A stretch of 64,000 nt of DNA from an uncultured delta proteobacterium (GCA_963743525.1 CAVUQH010000004.1:384001-448000), one strand, 5' to 3'; numbered from the stretch's first letter, positions 44,402 to 56,985 are shown. The notes: generated by a model from the letters alone, not told the origin. Numbers and translations: made by a program.

Positions 44402-45237
44402 ATGGGCGACTGGTACGACGAGGTCTACCAGGATGAGGAGCGGTACGGGTTCCGCGTGACCCGGCAGCTCTACGATCAGCAGAGTCCGTACCAGCGGGTC
44501 GAGGTGATCGACACGCCGTCGATGGGTCACGTGCTGGTCATCGACGGCGTGTTCATGACCAGCGAGCGCGACGAGTACTTCTATCACGAGCTCATCGCCC
44601 ACCCGGCCATGGTCACCGCGCCGCGCGCGCACCGGGTGTTGATCGTCGGCGGCGGCGACGGCGGAACCGCGCGTCGAGTGCTGCAACACACCTCGGTCGA
44701 GCAGCTGGTGATGGTCGAGATCGACGCGCTGGTGGTCGAAGCCAGCAAGGCCCACCTGCCCGGCCTGGGCGCGTGGGACGACCCGCGCCTGGAGCTGCGC
44801 ATCGGCGACGGCATCGCCTTCGTGCGCGAGGCCGAGGTCGAGCCGTTCGACGTGGTCATCCTCGACGGCACCGATCCGGTCGGTCCCGGCGAGGGCCTGT
44901 TCGGCCGCGACTTCTACCGCGGCGTTCGCCGGGTGCTGGCCGACGACGGCGTGTTCGCGCTGCAGAGCGAGTCGCCGTTCCTCCACCGGCAGCTGTTCCT
45001 CGACATCCAGCGGGCGCTGGCCGACGTCTTTCCCCACGTCCATCCGTACTTCGGCCCGGCGCCGCTGTACGCCGCCGGGGTCTGGTCGTGGACGCTGGCC
45101 GGAGCCGCCATCGACCCGATGGCGGTCGACGACGCCCGCGCGGCGGCGGTCGAGCCCGGTTGTCGCTACTGGAACCGCGACGTCCACCGCGGCGCGTTCG
45201 CCGTGCCGTCGGAGCTGCGCCGCGAGCTGGCGCGCTC

Positions 45238-45241
<4 letters not shown>
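44402..45241 (+). CDS. speE: Polyamine aminopropyltransferase (spermidine synthase)
   Basis: DEYFYHELIAHP, VLIVGGGDGG, FDVVILDGTDP; follows speD. Confidence 0.93.
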
Positions 45242-46095
<854 letters not shown>

Positions 46096-46148
46096 GGGCG
46101 CAGCTTACCCGGGATCCGGGTCCGCTGTGGTAGCGTCGCCGCGGACGC

Positions 46149-47615
46149 ATGATCAACGGGGTCACGATCAGCTTCTTCCTGTTCCTCCTCGGCTACGTCG
46201 CCATCGGCGCCTACTCGGCGACCAAGCGATCGGAGACCGCGGACGACTACCTGCTCGCCAGCCGCAGCGTCCACCCGGTGCTGGCCGCGCTGTCATCGGT
46301 GGCCACCGACAACTCCGGGTTCATGTTCATGGGCCTGACCGGCAGCTGCTACATGACCGGCATCTCCGGCGCCTGGCTGATCGTCGGCTGGATCGCCGGC
46401 GAATGGGTCGCGTGGCTGTTCGTCCACCGGCGCCTGCGCGAGGGCTCCGAGCGAGTCGGCGCCAACACCGTGCCCGGCTACCTCGGCCACGGCATCGACG
46501 GCGGTCGCAAGGTCACCGCGCTGGCCGGCGCGGTCACGCTGTTCTTCCTCGGCATCTACTCGGCGGCGCAGCTGACCGCCGGCTCCAAGGCGCTGTCGCA
46601 CTTCCACATGCACCCGACCATGGGCGTGGTGCTGGGCGCTGCCATCGTGCTGGCCTACTGCTTCTCCGGCGGCATCCGCGCGTCGATCTGGACCGATGCG
46701 GCGCAGTCGGTGGTGATGCTGATCTCGATGCTGATCCTGTTCGCGGTCGCCGCCCACTACGCCGGCGGTCTGGGCGCGATGTGGGACGCCCTGGGCAGCG
46801 TCAAGGTCAAGGGCGCCGACGGCGCCATCACCTCGGCCCATCTGACCAACCCGATGCCGTCGTACCAGTTCGGCTTCGTCGCCTTCATACTCGGCTGGCT
46901 GGCCGCCGGCTTCGGCATGGTCGGACAGCCGCACATCATGGTCCGGGCGATGGCCATCGACTCGCCCGAAAGCGTCGCCACCGCGCGCCGGATCTACGTG
47001 GTCTGGTACATCGTCTTCGCCGCCGCGTGCGTCGGCGTCGGCCTCGCGGCGCGCGCGGTGATTCCGTGGGATCACGACGTCGGCCGGCACGCTGCCGCGG
47101 GCGTGCTGTCGGGCGACGCCGAGCTGGCCTTCCCCACCCTGGCCGGCGCGCTGCTCGGCCCGGTGCTGGTCGGCTTCATGCTCGCCGGTCTGTTCGCCGC
47201 CACCATCTCGACCGCCGACTCGCAGGTGCTGTCCTGCTCGGCCGCGCTCAGCCAGGACATTGCACCGGGCCTGGGCCAGACCTATCGCGGGGTCAAGCTC
47301 GCCACCGTGGTGGTCACGGCGGTGGCGCTCGGCATCGCCTTGTTCGGCGGCAGCGTGTTCCAGTACGTCACCTTTGCCTGGTCCGGGTTGGCCGCCACCC
47401 TGGGCCCACTGATGGTGGTCCGGGTCATGGGTTGGCGCATCACCACGCCGGCGGCGCTGGCGATGATGGCCGTCGGGCTGGCGACGGTGCTCCTGTGGAT
47501 CTTCGCGCTACATTTGAACGGCGCCGTCTACGAGGCGCTGCCCGGCATGGTTGCCGGGTTCGTCGTCTACGCCGGCTGGGCCGGCGTCACCGGAGGAATC
47601 CGCGAACGTGGCTAA
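46149..47615 (+). CDS. putP: Sodium/proline symporter (SSS family)
   Basis: DYLLASR, SGFMFMGL, GGIRASIWTDAAQ, GQPHIMVR, AATISTADSQVL. Confidence 0.85.
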   Translation: MINGVTISFFLFLLGYVAIGAYSATKRSETADDYLLASRSVHPVLAALSSVATDNSGFMFMGLTGSCYMTGISGAWLIVGWIAGEWVAWLFVHRRLREGSERVGANTVPGYLGHGIDGGRKVTALAGAVTLFFLGIYSAAQLTAGSKALSHFHMHPTMGVVLGAAIVLAYCFSGGIRASIWTDAAQSVVMLISMLILFAVAAHYAGGLGAMWDALGSVKVKGADGAITSAHLTNPMPSYQFGFVAFILGWLAAGFGMVGQPHIMVRAMAIDSPESVATARRIYVVWYIVFAAACVGVGLAARAVIPWDHDVGRHAAAGVLSGDAELAFPTLAGALLGPVLVGFMLAGLFAATISTADSQVLSCSAALSQDIAPGLGQTYRGVKLATVVVTAVALGIALFGGSVFQYVTFAWSGLAATLGPLMVVRVMGWRITTPAALAMMAVGLATVLLWIFALHLNGAVYEALPGMVAGFVVYAGWAGVTGGIRERG

Positions 47616-47973
47616 GAAGCAGAACGAGCCGCCGGCCGACGCCGAGGCGCCGATCAGCGGGGAGGAGCTGGCCGAGCAGGCGATCGACGATCCCAAGGAC
47701 CACGAGCGCATCGAGGAGATGCTGAAGAAGCTCGATCCGGAGGAAGCGCGGATGTTCGCCGAAGCGCTGGCGCTGGTGCTGCGCAAGCGCCGGTGGATGC
47801 TGATCGGCTACGTGTGCACGCTGCTGGCGATCGTCGCCGGCACGGTGGTTGCGCTGTGGGTCTACGCCGGCCACCAGCAGGGGCAGTTCGTCGGCTGGGT
47901 ATTTCTCTTGCCGCCGGCAGCAGCGGCGGCGATCCTATGGGCCTTTGGTGCCCATGTACGCCGGATCAAATGA
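47608..47973 (+). CDS. Hypothetical membrane protein
   Basis: GTG start overlapping the putP stop; acidic N-terminus and two TM segments. Confidence 0.7.
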   Translation: MAKKQNEPPADAEAPISGEELAEQAIDDPKDHERIEEMLKKLDPEEARMFAEALALVLRKRRWMLIGYVCTLLAIVAGTVVALWVYAGHQQGQFVGWVFLLPPAAAAAILWAFGAHVRRIK

Positions 47974-47986
47974 CCCGAAGGCGACC

Positions 47987-49234
47987 ATGCGAATCTGCTG
48001 CACGATCGGCCTGCTGGTCTTCGCCGCCGCGTGCGGCGGCAAGAACAGCGGCAACGGCGACGACGCGGCCGCGAGCGGCGACGCCACCCCGACCGCCGAC
48101 GCCAACCTCCTTGCCGACGCGCTAGAGCAGAGCTGCACGCCGGTCTCCGGCACCGACCTGGCGCTGGTACCGGTCGCCAGCGGGCTGACGAAGCCGGAGC
48201 TGGTCACCTCGCCGCCGGGCGACGGGCGCCTGTTCATCCTCGAGCAGCCCGGGCGGATCCGCATCGTCGAAAATGGTCAGCTGCTTCCGACGCCGTTCCT
48301 CGACATCACCGGCCCCGTCCGCGACACCGGCAACGAGCAGGGGCTGCTGGGCCTGGCGTTCCATCCCGACTTCGCCCGCAACGGCCTGTTCTACGTCAAC
48401 TACACCGCCGACAACCCGGCTGGCGACACGGTCATCGCCGAGTACCACGTGTCGGCCGCCGATCCCAACATCGCCGACACCACCCAGCGCCCGGTGCTCA
48501 CCTTCCACCAACCGTTCGCCAACCACAACGGCGGCAACATGCAGTTCGGCCCCGACGGCTACCTGTACATCGGCCAGGGCGACGGCGGCAGCGGCGGTGA
48601 TCCGAACGGCAACGGCCAGAATCCGGCCACCTTCCTCGGCGCGATGCTGCGCATCGACGTCGACCACGGCGACCCGTACGCCATCCCGCCGGACAACCCG
48701 TACGCGGGCAGCGCCAACGGCCCCGACGATCCGCGGCCGGAGCTGTGGGCAATCGGCCTGCGCAACCCGTGGCGCTGGAGCTTCGACCGGCAGACCGGTG
48801 ATCTATGGATCGGCGACGTCGGTCAGAACGAGGTCGAAGAGGTCAACGTCGCGGTCGGCAACCCGGCCGGACTGAACTACGGCTGGAACGTGGCCGAGGG
48901 CGACACCTGCTACAACGCGGCCACCTGCGACACCACCGGCTTCCACGCGCCGCTGGCGACCTACACCCACACGGGCGGCCTCTGCTCGATCACCGGTGGT
49001 TTCGTCTACCGCGGCAGCTGCATGCCCGACATCCAGGGCTGGTATTTCTACGGCGACTACTGCACCAACCAGGTGTGGGCGATCGACTCGCCCACCGGCA
49101 CGCCCACCGACGTGTCCACCAACCTCGGCACCAATGCGCTCGACGGCCTGTCGAGCTTCGGGCAAGACGCCCTCGGCGAGCTGTACGTCACCAGCCTGGC
49201 GTCGGGCGAGGTCTTCCGCATCGTCACCCAGTGA
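47987..49234 (+). CDS. PQQ-dependent sugar dehydrogenase (GSDH/YliI family) lipoprotein
   Basis: EQGLLGLAFHPDF, NHNGG..FGPDGYLYIG.GDGG, GLRNPWRWSFD, GDVGQ. Confidence 0.92.
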   Translation: MRICCTIGLLVFAAACGGKNSGNGDDAAASGDATPTADANLLADALEQSCTPVSGTDLALVPVASGLTKPELVTSPPGDGRLFILEQPGRIRIVENGQLLPTPFLDITGPVRDTGNEQGLLGLAFHPDFARNGLFYVNYTADNPAGDTVIAEYHVSAADPNIADTTQRPVLTFHQPFANHNGGNMQFGPDGYLYIGQGDGGSGGDPNGNGQNPATFLGAMLRIDVDHGDPYAIPPDNPYAGSANGPDDPRPELWAIGLRNPWRWSFDRQTGDLWIGDVGQNEVEEVNVAVGNPAGLNYGWNVAEGDTCYNAATCDTTGFHAPLATYTHTGGLCSITGGFVYRGSCMPDIQGWYFYGDYCTNQVWAIDSPTGTPTDVSTNLGTNALDGLSSFGQDALGELYVTSLASGEVFRIVTQ

Positions 49235-50130
49235 CCACGGACGACACCATCGCGCGATCGCGCCGCGTCGACCTGGCCACCGGCCTCGGCTATCACCTGC
49301 TCGAGTGGGGCGGCGATGATGACAGCCGCGACCACACCGTGGTCATGCTGCACGGCTTCCTCGATCTGTCGTGGGGCTGGGTGCGCGCGGTCGAGCGCAG
49401 CCCGCTGGCCGAGCGCTTCCACGTCGTCGCCCCCGACTTTCGCGGCCACGGCGACTCCGACCGCGTCGGCGCCGGCGGCTACTACTACTTCATGGACTAC
49501 GTCGCCGATGTGGCGTCGTTGATCGAGCAGGTCGGCCGCGCGCGGGTGTCGCTGGTCGGTCACTCGATGGGCGGCAGCGTGGCCGCGTACGTCACCGGCA
49601 CCTATCCCGAGCGGATCCATCGGCTGGTCCTGCTCGAAGGACTGGGGCCGCCCGAAATGACCGGCGAGCTGCCGGATCGCGCCCGCACCTGGATCGCCGA
49701 CTGGCGCCGGGCCCGGGCCAAGGATCCGCGCGGCTACGCCGACCTCGCCCAGGCCGCCGCACAGCTGCAGAAGAACGACCCGTTGCTCGACGACGAGCTG
49801 GCCCGCTGGCTGGCGCTGCACGGAACCGTCGAGGGGCCGGACCACTTGCTGCGCTACAAGCACGATTCGCTGCACGTGACCCGCGGCCCCTACCCGTTTC
49901 GCGTCGAGGTCGCCGAGAGCTTCTGGCGGCGAATCACCTGCCCCGTGCTGCTGGTCGACGGCGCCGAGTCCACGTTCCGCGCGCGCGCCGAGGAATATCA
50001 ACGCCGTGCGGATATGCTCGCCGACGCCAGGCAGGCGACGATCGCCGGCGCCGGACATATGATGCAGCGGCACCAGCCGGCGGCGGTCGGCGCAGTCGTC
50101 TCCGAGTTCCTCGCGGCTCACAGCCCCTGA
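49231..50130 (+). CDS. Alpha/beta fold hydrolase
   Basis: LHGFLD, DFRGHGDS, GHSMGG nucleophile elbow, GAGHMM. Confidence 0.9.
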   Translation: MTTDDTIARSRRVDLATGLGYHLLEWGGDDDSRDHTVVMLHGFLDLSWGWVRAVERSPLAERFHVVAPDFRGHGDSDRVGAGGYYYFMDYVADVASLIEQVGRARVSLVGHSMGGSVAAYVTGTYPERIHRLVLLEGLGPPEMTGELPDRARTWIADWRRARAKDPRGYADLAQAAAQLQKNDPLLDDELARWLALHGTVEGPDHLLRYKHDSLHVTRGPYPFRVEVAESFWRRITCPVLLVDGAESTFRARAEEYQRRADMLADARQATIAGAGHMMQRHQPAAVGAVVSEFLAAHSP

Positions 50131-50189
50131 CAAGGGGAATTTGCCGGGCTACCGGCCAGTTGCGGCGAGGAAGTGCTATAGGAGAGCCC

Positions 50190-53017
50190 ATGACCCGCCG
50201 CTATCTGATTCCGTTCGCTCTGGCCGCCGCGCTCGCCGCGTGCGGTGGAACCAACAAGCCGATCAACTGCCCGGTCTGCGCGCAGACCGCGGGCAACAAC
50301 GCCGGCAACGGCGCGACCACCGGCAACGCCGGTGCGACCGACGCCGCGTGGAAGAGCGGACCTCCAAAGAAGGTGACCACGGTCGAGGGGATCACCGAGT
50401 ACACGCTGGACAACGGCCTGCGCGTGCTGCTGTTCCCCGACGACTCGGAGGACAAGGTCACCGTCAACATCACCTACTTCGTCGGCTCGCGGCTGGAAGG
50501 CTACGGCGAGACCGGCATGGCGCACCTGCTCGAGCACATGATGTTCAAGGGCACGCCGACCCACGACGAACATCTGGAAGTCGCTGCAGGCGCACGGCGC
50601 CCAGTTCAACGGCACACGTCGTACGACCGCACCAACTACTTCGAGACCATGCCGTCCACCGACGAGAACCTGACGTGGGCGCTGGGCATGGAAGCCGACC
50701 GCATGGTCAACAGCAAGATCGCCCAGGAGGACCTGTCCAAAGAGTTCTCGGTGGTGCGCAACGAGTTCGAGATGGGCGAGAACAACCCGCTGCGCGTACT
50801 CGAGGAGCGGATCATCTCGGCGGCCTACCTGTGGCACAACTACGGCAAGTCAACCATCGGCAGCAAGAGCGACATCGAGCGGGTCCCGGCCAGCCGCCTG
50901 AAGACCTTCTACGAGAAGTACTACCGCCCCGACAACGCCATGCTGGTGGTCGCGGGCAAGTTCGATCCCAAGCACGCGCTGGATCTCGTCGGTCAGACCT
51001 TCGGCACGGTGGCCAAGCCGTCCACGCCGATCGAGGCCAGCTACACCGTCGAGCCGGTGCAGGACGGCGAGAAGGAGATCGTGCTGCGCCGCACCGGCGA
51101 CTCGCAGTACATCGGCGTCCTCTACCACGGGGTCGCCGGCGCCGATGCCGCCTTCGTGCCGATGTCGGCGGCGGCGGACATCCTCACGGTCGCCCCGTCG
51201 GGACGGCTGTACAAGGCGCTGGTCGAGAAGAAGCTGGCCACGCGGGTCTGGAACGAGGCCGACCCGCTGCGCGAGCCAGGCTACGTGCTGTTCTGGGCCG
51301 AGGTGCCCAAGGGCAAAGCGCTCGCTCCGGTGCGCGACAAGATGATCTCGATCATCGAAGGCCTGGGCAAGAGCAAGATCACGCCCGCGGAGGTCAATCG
51401 CTTCATCGCCAAGTCCGACAAGCAGATGGAGCTGTTCATGACCAGCAGCCAGCGGGTCGCCATCGCGCTGACCGAGTTTGCCGCGCTCGGCGACTGGCGG
51501 ATGCTGTTCGTCATCCGCGATCGCGCCGACAAGGTGACCGCCGATGCGATCGCCACCGCCGCCACCAACTACTTCAAGCAGCTCCAACCGCACGGTCGGC
51601 ATGTTCACGCCGATCGACGAGAAGAACATCGACCGCGCGCCGCTGCCCAAGGAGCCAGACGTCGTCGCCCTGACCAAGGACTACAAGGGCCGCGCCGACA
51701 CCAGCCAGGGCGAGGTGTTCGACGCCAGCTACGACAACATCGAGAAGCGCACCGAGCGCTACACGCTGAAGGGCGGCATGAAGGTGGCGCTCCTGCCCAA
51801 ACGCACCCGCGGCAAGAAGGTCGAGGGTCGCATCGGCGTCTACTTCGCCAACGAGAAGGCGCTCCAGGGCAAGACCACCGCCGCTGACCTGGTCGCCGAG
51901 ATGCTGATGCGCGGCACCAAGAAGCACAGCTACCAGCAGCTCAAGGACGAGCTCGACAAGCTCAAGGCGACGCGTCTCGATCGACTCGGCCAAGCCGGGT
52001 CTGGCGATGGTCAGCATCTCGACCACCCGCGACAACCTGCTGCCCGTCATCGACCTGGTCGCCGAGATGCTGGAGCAGCCGACCTTCCCCAAGGATCAGT
52101 TCGGGCTGGTCACCCAGGCGCAGCTCACTGATCTCGAGGGCCAGCTGCAGAACCCGCAGGCCCTGGCGATCAACCAGCTGCGCCGCACGCTGACGCCGTA
52201 CCCCAAGGGCGACGTCCGCTACGTGCCGACCATCGCCGAGCAGATCGCGCTGATCAAGAAGACCAAGGTCTCGGACCTGGCGCGCCTGCACAAGACATAC
52301 TGGGGTGCGACCTACGCCAAGGCCGCCTTCGTCGGCGACTTCGACTCGGCTCAGGTCAAGGGTGAGCTGGAGAAGGTCTTCGACGGCTGGAAGAGCGGCA
52401 AGAAGTACACCCGCATCGACCAGAAGTACATCGCCACCAAGGGCTCGGACAACGTCATCCGCACCCCGGACAAGAAGATGGCCTTCATCCTGGCGGCCAA
52501 GACCCTCAAGCTGCGCGATGACGATCCCGACTACCCGGCGCTTACCATGGTCGGCTACGTGCTCGGCGGCGGCGCATCGTCGCGCTTGCTCAACCGCCTG
52601 CGGCAGAAGGAGGGCTGGTCCTACGGCGCCTTTGGCGCGCTCCAGGCCGGCGCCCAGGACACCCTCGGCGCGCTGTTCGGCGGCGCCATCCTGGCCCCGC
52701 AGAACGCCGACAAGGGGATGGCGGCGATGCTCGAGGAGATCAAGCTGCTGTTCGACAAGGGCATCCCCAAGAAGGAGCTCGACGACGCCATCGCCGCCTA
52801 CCTGAAGGCGAGCAAGAGCAAGCTGGCCAACGACCAGTACGTGGTCACCCAGCTCGCCCGCGACCTGGAGATCGGTCGGACCATGGCGTTCGACGCCAAG
52901 CTCGACGAGCAGATCTCCAAGCTCACTCCGGAGGTCGTCCAGGCGGCGATCAAGAAACACCTGAACGCCGACAATCTGGCGCTGATCAAGGCCGGAGACC
53001 TCGCCGCCAAGAAGTAG
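50190..53017 (+). CDS. M16 zinc protease lipoprotein (frameshifts near 50568/50614, 51578, 51975)
   Basis: LAAC lipobox, TGMAHLLEHMMFKGT, TSYDRTNYFET; C-terminal half in ORFs 51544..52131 and 52007..53017 (SSRLLNRLRQKEGWSYG). Confidence 0.88.
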
Positions 53018-53037
53018 TGCGGTAACCTAAAGGCCCG

Positions 53038-55824
53038 ATGGGCCACCCGCTCGATCACCTACTGGGTAGCGCGGGGTTCCTCGATGCCGAGTTCACTCGC
53101 TGGCAGAGGGACCCCGCCTCGGTCGCTCCCGAGTACGCGGAGCTGTTCGAGAAGAGCGACGAGTGGGCAGCGCCGGCCTTTCTCACCGAGGAAGGCGGGC
53201 TGCCCGAGGGCCTGGAGCATCTGGATCCAGGCCTGCAGATCTACGACCTGGTGCACACCTACCGCGAGTACGGGCACCTGGTCGCCGACCTCGATCCGTT
53301 GGGGCGCCGGCCGCGCACCCACCCGTTCCTCGCCCACGGCGAGCTCGGCTTCGCCGAGTCGGACATGGATCGCACGGTCCACTGCGCCGGCTTCCACGGC
53401 CTGGTCACCGGCACGGTGCGCGAGTTCCTCGCGATCCTGCGCGAGACCTACTGCGGTCCGATCGGTGTCGAGTACATGGACATCGTCAACAAGGATCGCC
53501 GCGACTGGCTGCAGCAGCGAATGGAGCCGGTGCGCAACCGGCCCAAGCTGGAGCCCGAGCACCGCCGGCGGATCCTCGAACAGCTGGTCGCAGCCGACAG
53601 CTTCGAGGAGACACTGCAGCGGATGTACCCGGGCGCCAAGCGGTTCAGCCTGGAGGGCGGGACCACGCTGGTGACCCTGCTCCACGAGATGGCCGACGCC
53701 TGCCTGGAGGGCGGCGTCGAGCAGATGGTGCTGGGCATGCCGCACCGCGGGCGGCTCAACGTACTCGCCCAGTTCATGCAGAAGCCGCTGGCCTACATCC
53801 TCGCCGAGTTCGAGGGCCGACCGCTGGCTGCGCGCATCGAGGGCTACGGCGACGTCAAATATCACCTGGGCTACTCGTCGGACATCTCCGACGAGTGGGG
53901 GCGCTCGTTGCACCTGTCGCTGGCGTTCAACCCCAGCCACCTGGAGGCGATCGATCCGGTGGTGCTGGGCATCGTGCGGGCCAAGCAAGACCAGATGGGC
54001 GACAGCGCCCGCGTCCGAGTGGTCCCGGTGCTGCTCCACGGTGACGCCGCCTTCACCGGCCAGGGCGTCGTCGCCGAGACCTTCAACCTGTCGCGACTGC
54101 GCGGCTACACCACCGGTGGCACCGTCCACGTGATCGTCAACAACCAGATCGGCTTCACCACCGATCCGGAGGATTCGCGGTCAACGCCGTATGCCTCCGA
54201 TCTGGCCAAGATGATCCGCGCGCCGGTCTTCCACGTCAACGCCGACCACCCCGAGGCGGTGGCGCTGATCGCGCGCATCGCGCTCGAGTACCGGCAGGCT
54301 TTCCACGACGATGTCGTCGTCAACCTGGTCTGCTTCCGCCGGCACGGCCACAACGAGCTGGACGACGCCACCTTCACCCAGCCGCTCATGGTCGAGGCGA
54401 TCAACGATCACCAGGCGGTCTCGCGCATCTACGAGAGCAAGCTGGTACGCGGCGAGCTGGTAACCGAGACGCAGATCGACGACATCCGCGGGCGAGTCAA
54501 ACAGTCACTCAAGGACGCCCGCGACACCGCCAAGGAGATGCCCGAGCAACCGACGCAGACCCTGGGCGGCCTGTGGGACGGCATCGTGTCGTCAACCGAG
54601 GCGCCCAACGAGGTCGCCACGGCGACCACCGGCGACGCGCTGGAGCTGATCGCGCGCGGGCTCATGCGCGTGCCCGAAGGGTTCAACTGGCACCCGCGGC
54701 TGAAGAAGATCATCGAGCGGCGGACGGCGATGGTCCTGTCCGATGACCCGGCCGATCACCAGATCGACTGGGGCTGTGGCGAGGCCCTGGCGCTGGGATC
54801 GCTGCTGCTCGACGGCGTGCGCATCCGCTTCGCTGGACAGGACGCGTGTCGCGGCACCTTCAGCCACCGCCACGCGGTCTACACCGACATGAAGACCGGC
54901 CAGCGATTCACCCCGCTCGACAACCTGTCGGCCGATCAGGCGCCGCTCGAGATCGTCAACAGCCCACTGTCCGAGGCGGCGGTGCTCGGCTTCGAGTACG
55001 GCTACTCCAGCGCCGACCCGTGGAACCTGGTGGTGTGGGAAGCTCAGTTCGGCGACTTCGCCAACGGCGGGCAGGTGATGATCGATCAGCTGATCGCCAG
55101 CTGCGAGTACAAGTGGGGCCGCATGTCGGGCATCGTTCTGTTGTTGCCCCACGGCTACGAGGGCCAGGGCCCCGAGCACTCGAGCGCCCGGCTCGAGCGC
55201 TTTCTCGAGCTGTGCGCCGAGTCCAACCTTCAGGTCGCCAACTTCACCACCCCGGCGCAGTACTTCCACGCGTTGCGCCGGCAGATGAAGCGCCGCTTCC
55301 GCAAACCGCTGGTGGTGATGAGTCCCAAGAGCCTGCTCCGCCACCCGCGCGCGGTGTCGAGCCCCGACGAGCTGACCAACGGCCGTTTCCACACGGCCAT
55401 CGACGACTCGATCGACGACCGCGCGTCGGTGACCCGCGTGCTGCTCTGCTCGGGCAAGATCTACTACGCGCTCACTGAGGCGCGAGACCAGAAGAGCGTC
55501 GGCGGCTGCGCCATCGTCCGCGTCGAGCAGCTGTACCCGTTCCCCAACGCAGAGCTGCGCAAGATGCTGGCGGGCTACCCCAACCTGCGCGACCTGGTGT
55601 GGGTGCAGGAGGAGCCGCGCAACATGGGCGGCTGGCGCAACCTGCGCCACCTGCTCGAGCGACTGACGCCGGAGGGCGTCGCTCTCGAGTACGCCGGCCG
55701 CGACTCACGCGCGGCGACCGCTACCGGCGCCTACGAAGTGCACCAGCGGGAAGAAGAAGAGCTGGTCGACCGCGCCTTGACGCCGGGCGACCGACCGCTG
55801 ATCGTTCGCCGCAAGCAGGGCTAA
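53038..55824 (+). CDS. sucA: 2-oxoglutarate dehydrogenase E1 component
   Basis: KRFSLEG, GMPHRGRLNVL, GDVKYHLG, HGDAAFTGQG...NNQIGFTT, WEAQFGDFANG, LPHGYEGQGPEHSSAR. Confidence 0.96.
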   Translation: MGHPLDHLLGSAGFLDAEFTRWQRDPASVAPEYAELFEKSDEWAAPAFLTEEGGLPEGLEHLDPGLQIYDLVHTYREYGHLVADLDPLGRRPRTHPFLAHGELGFAESDMDRTVHCAGFHGLVTGTVREFLAILRETYCGPIGVEYMDIVNKDRRDWLQQRMEPVRNRPKLEPEHRRRILEQLVAADSFEETLQRMYPGAKRFSLEGGTTLVTLLHEMADACLEGGVEQMVLGMPHRGRLNVLAQFMQKPLAYILAEFEGRPLAARIEGYGDVKYHLGYSSDISDEWGRSLHLSLAFNPSHLEAIDPVVLGIVRAKQDQMGDSARVRVVPVLLHGDAAFTGQGVVAETFNLSRLRGYTTGGTVHVIVNNQIGFTTDPEDSRSTPYASDLAKMIRAPVFHVNADHPEAVALIARIALEYRQAFHDDVVVNLVCFRRHGHNELDDATFTQPLMVEAINDHQAVSRIYESKLVRGELVTETQIDDIRGRVKQSLKDARDTAKEMPEQPTQTLGGLWDGIVSSTEAPNEVATATTGDALELIARGLMRVPEGFNWHPRLKKIIERRTAMVLSDDPADHQIDWGCGEALALGSLLLDGVRIRFAGQDACRGTFSHRHAVYTDMKTGQRFTPLDNLSADQAPLEIVNSPLSEAAVLGFEYGYSSADPWNLVVWEAQFGDFANGGQVMIDQLIASCEYKWGRMSGIVLLLPHGYEGQGPEHSSARLERFLELCAESNLQVANFTTPAQYFHALRRQMKRRFRKPLVVMSPKSLLRHPRAVSSPDELTNGRFHTAIDDSIDDRASVTRVLLCSGKIYYALTEARDQKSVGGCAIVRVEQLYPFPNAELRKMLAGYPNLRDLVWVQEEPRNMGGWRNLRHLLERLTPEGVALEYAGRDSRAATATGAYEVHQREEEELVDRALTPGDRPLIVRRKQG

Positions 55825-56297
55825 GCGGAGGCGACCGCGTCGCCCTCGTTGCCCTGCAGGTGCCGCTCGATCAGGCGCGCGAGCTCGGGAATCGCCTCGA
55901 TGACGTTGTCCTTCGCCTTGTCGCGCATCTTGAAGTAGTACTTCTTGGCGGTCTTGTGCTTGGTGGTCTCGGCGCGCACGTCGGTGACCTCGAGCAGGTC
56001 CTCGGCGACGTCGCCCGAGCGGGCGATCAGATACTCGGAGAAGCCACCCGCGGCGCCGTTCCACTTGACGTAGTACGGCTCGAGCTTGTCCAGCCAGTCG
56101 TCGAGCAACGCCTCGACGACCTCGCGCACGAAGCCGCGCTTGACCGTCTTGATGGCGCCGTAGGCACCCTTGAGGGCCACGCCCTTGAGGCCGCCCTTGG
56201 ACTTGACCTGGTTGTCGATCAGGGTGATGCACTCGGCGACCACGCGCGGGCGGGTCGGCTCGACGGCGATCTGCTCTCTCAGGGTAAGCTCGGGCAT
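55821..56297 (-). CDS. Conserved hypothetical protein (DUF6918-like)
   Basis: V.SKGGLKGVALKGAYGAIKTVKRGFV...VAEDLLEVTD.RA pattern. Confidence 0.7.
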   Translation of the reverse strand: MPELTLREQIAVEPTRPRVVAECITLIDNQVKSKGGLKGVALKGAYGAIKTVKRGFVREVVEALLDDWLDKLEPYYVKWNGAAGGFSEYLIARSGDVAEDLLEVTDVRAETTKHKTAKKYYFKMRDKAKDNVIEAIPELARLIERHLQGNEGDAVASA

Positions 56298-56379
56298 CAG
56301 GCTGGTCTTTCTTTCAGATTGGCTTTCGCGGCCGGCACTCTAGCGGCCGGCCTCGCGGCTGTCGATAGCGAAACCGCGC

Positions 56380-56985
56380 TCACAGGTCCACACCCCAGCG
56401 GGTGCAGCGAACCTTCATCACCTTGCGGTCGCGCTCGGGCAGCCGCTCGCTGAACTCTCGAGCGTGGTCCACGTCACCGACGGCACATGACGTCGACACC
56501 CCGTAGCGAAGCATCCGCACGTTGCGCGGCTGGGATTTCAGCACGTCGAGCACCAGCTCGTGGGCGCTCGGATAATCGCCCCGGTCGTAGGCCTGCTGGA
56601 TGTCGGCCATCTGCTGCTTGGTCTCGTCGTCCGGTCCCGATCCCGAGGTCATCACCGACGCGGTCCCGGCCTGCAGCGGCCGGATCTCGGGCGGATCGAT
56701 CCGCCGGCGGACCTGCGGCTGGGGAGGATCCTCGGTGGAGGCCTCGGCCGGCTCCGGAGGACGCGTCGTCGTCCGCTCGACCCGAGGCGTCCGCGCGACC
56801 GGTGGATCCGGGCTGGGCGCCGGGTTCTGCGCCGCATTTCGCCGCTGGTACTCGGCCAGCGCACGCGCCTTTTCCTCGGCCGAAATCTCGGTCTTGGAGC
56901 CGCTCGACACCTGCAGGAGCAGGTACGCGACCAGTCCCAGCAGGCCGACGCCGGCCACAGCGATAACAATCCTCCGTACTTGCAT
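56380..56985 (-). CDS. Membrane-anchored protein with Pro-rich linker and C-terminal helical Cys domain
   Basis: N-terminal TM, Pro-rich spacer, YDRGDY...SC..GD...C...GV.L tail. Confidence 0.7.
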   Translation of the reverse strand: MQVRRIVIAVAGVGLLGLVAYLLLQVSSGSKTEISAEEKARALAEYQRRNAAQNPAPSPDPPVARTPRVERTTTRPPEPAEASTEDPPQPQVRRRIDPPEIRPLQAGTASVMTSGSGPDDETKQQMADIQQAYDRGDYPSAHELVLDVLKSQPRNVRMLRYGVSTSCAVGDVDHAREFSERLPERDRKVMKVRCTRWGVDL

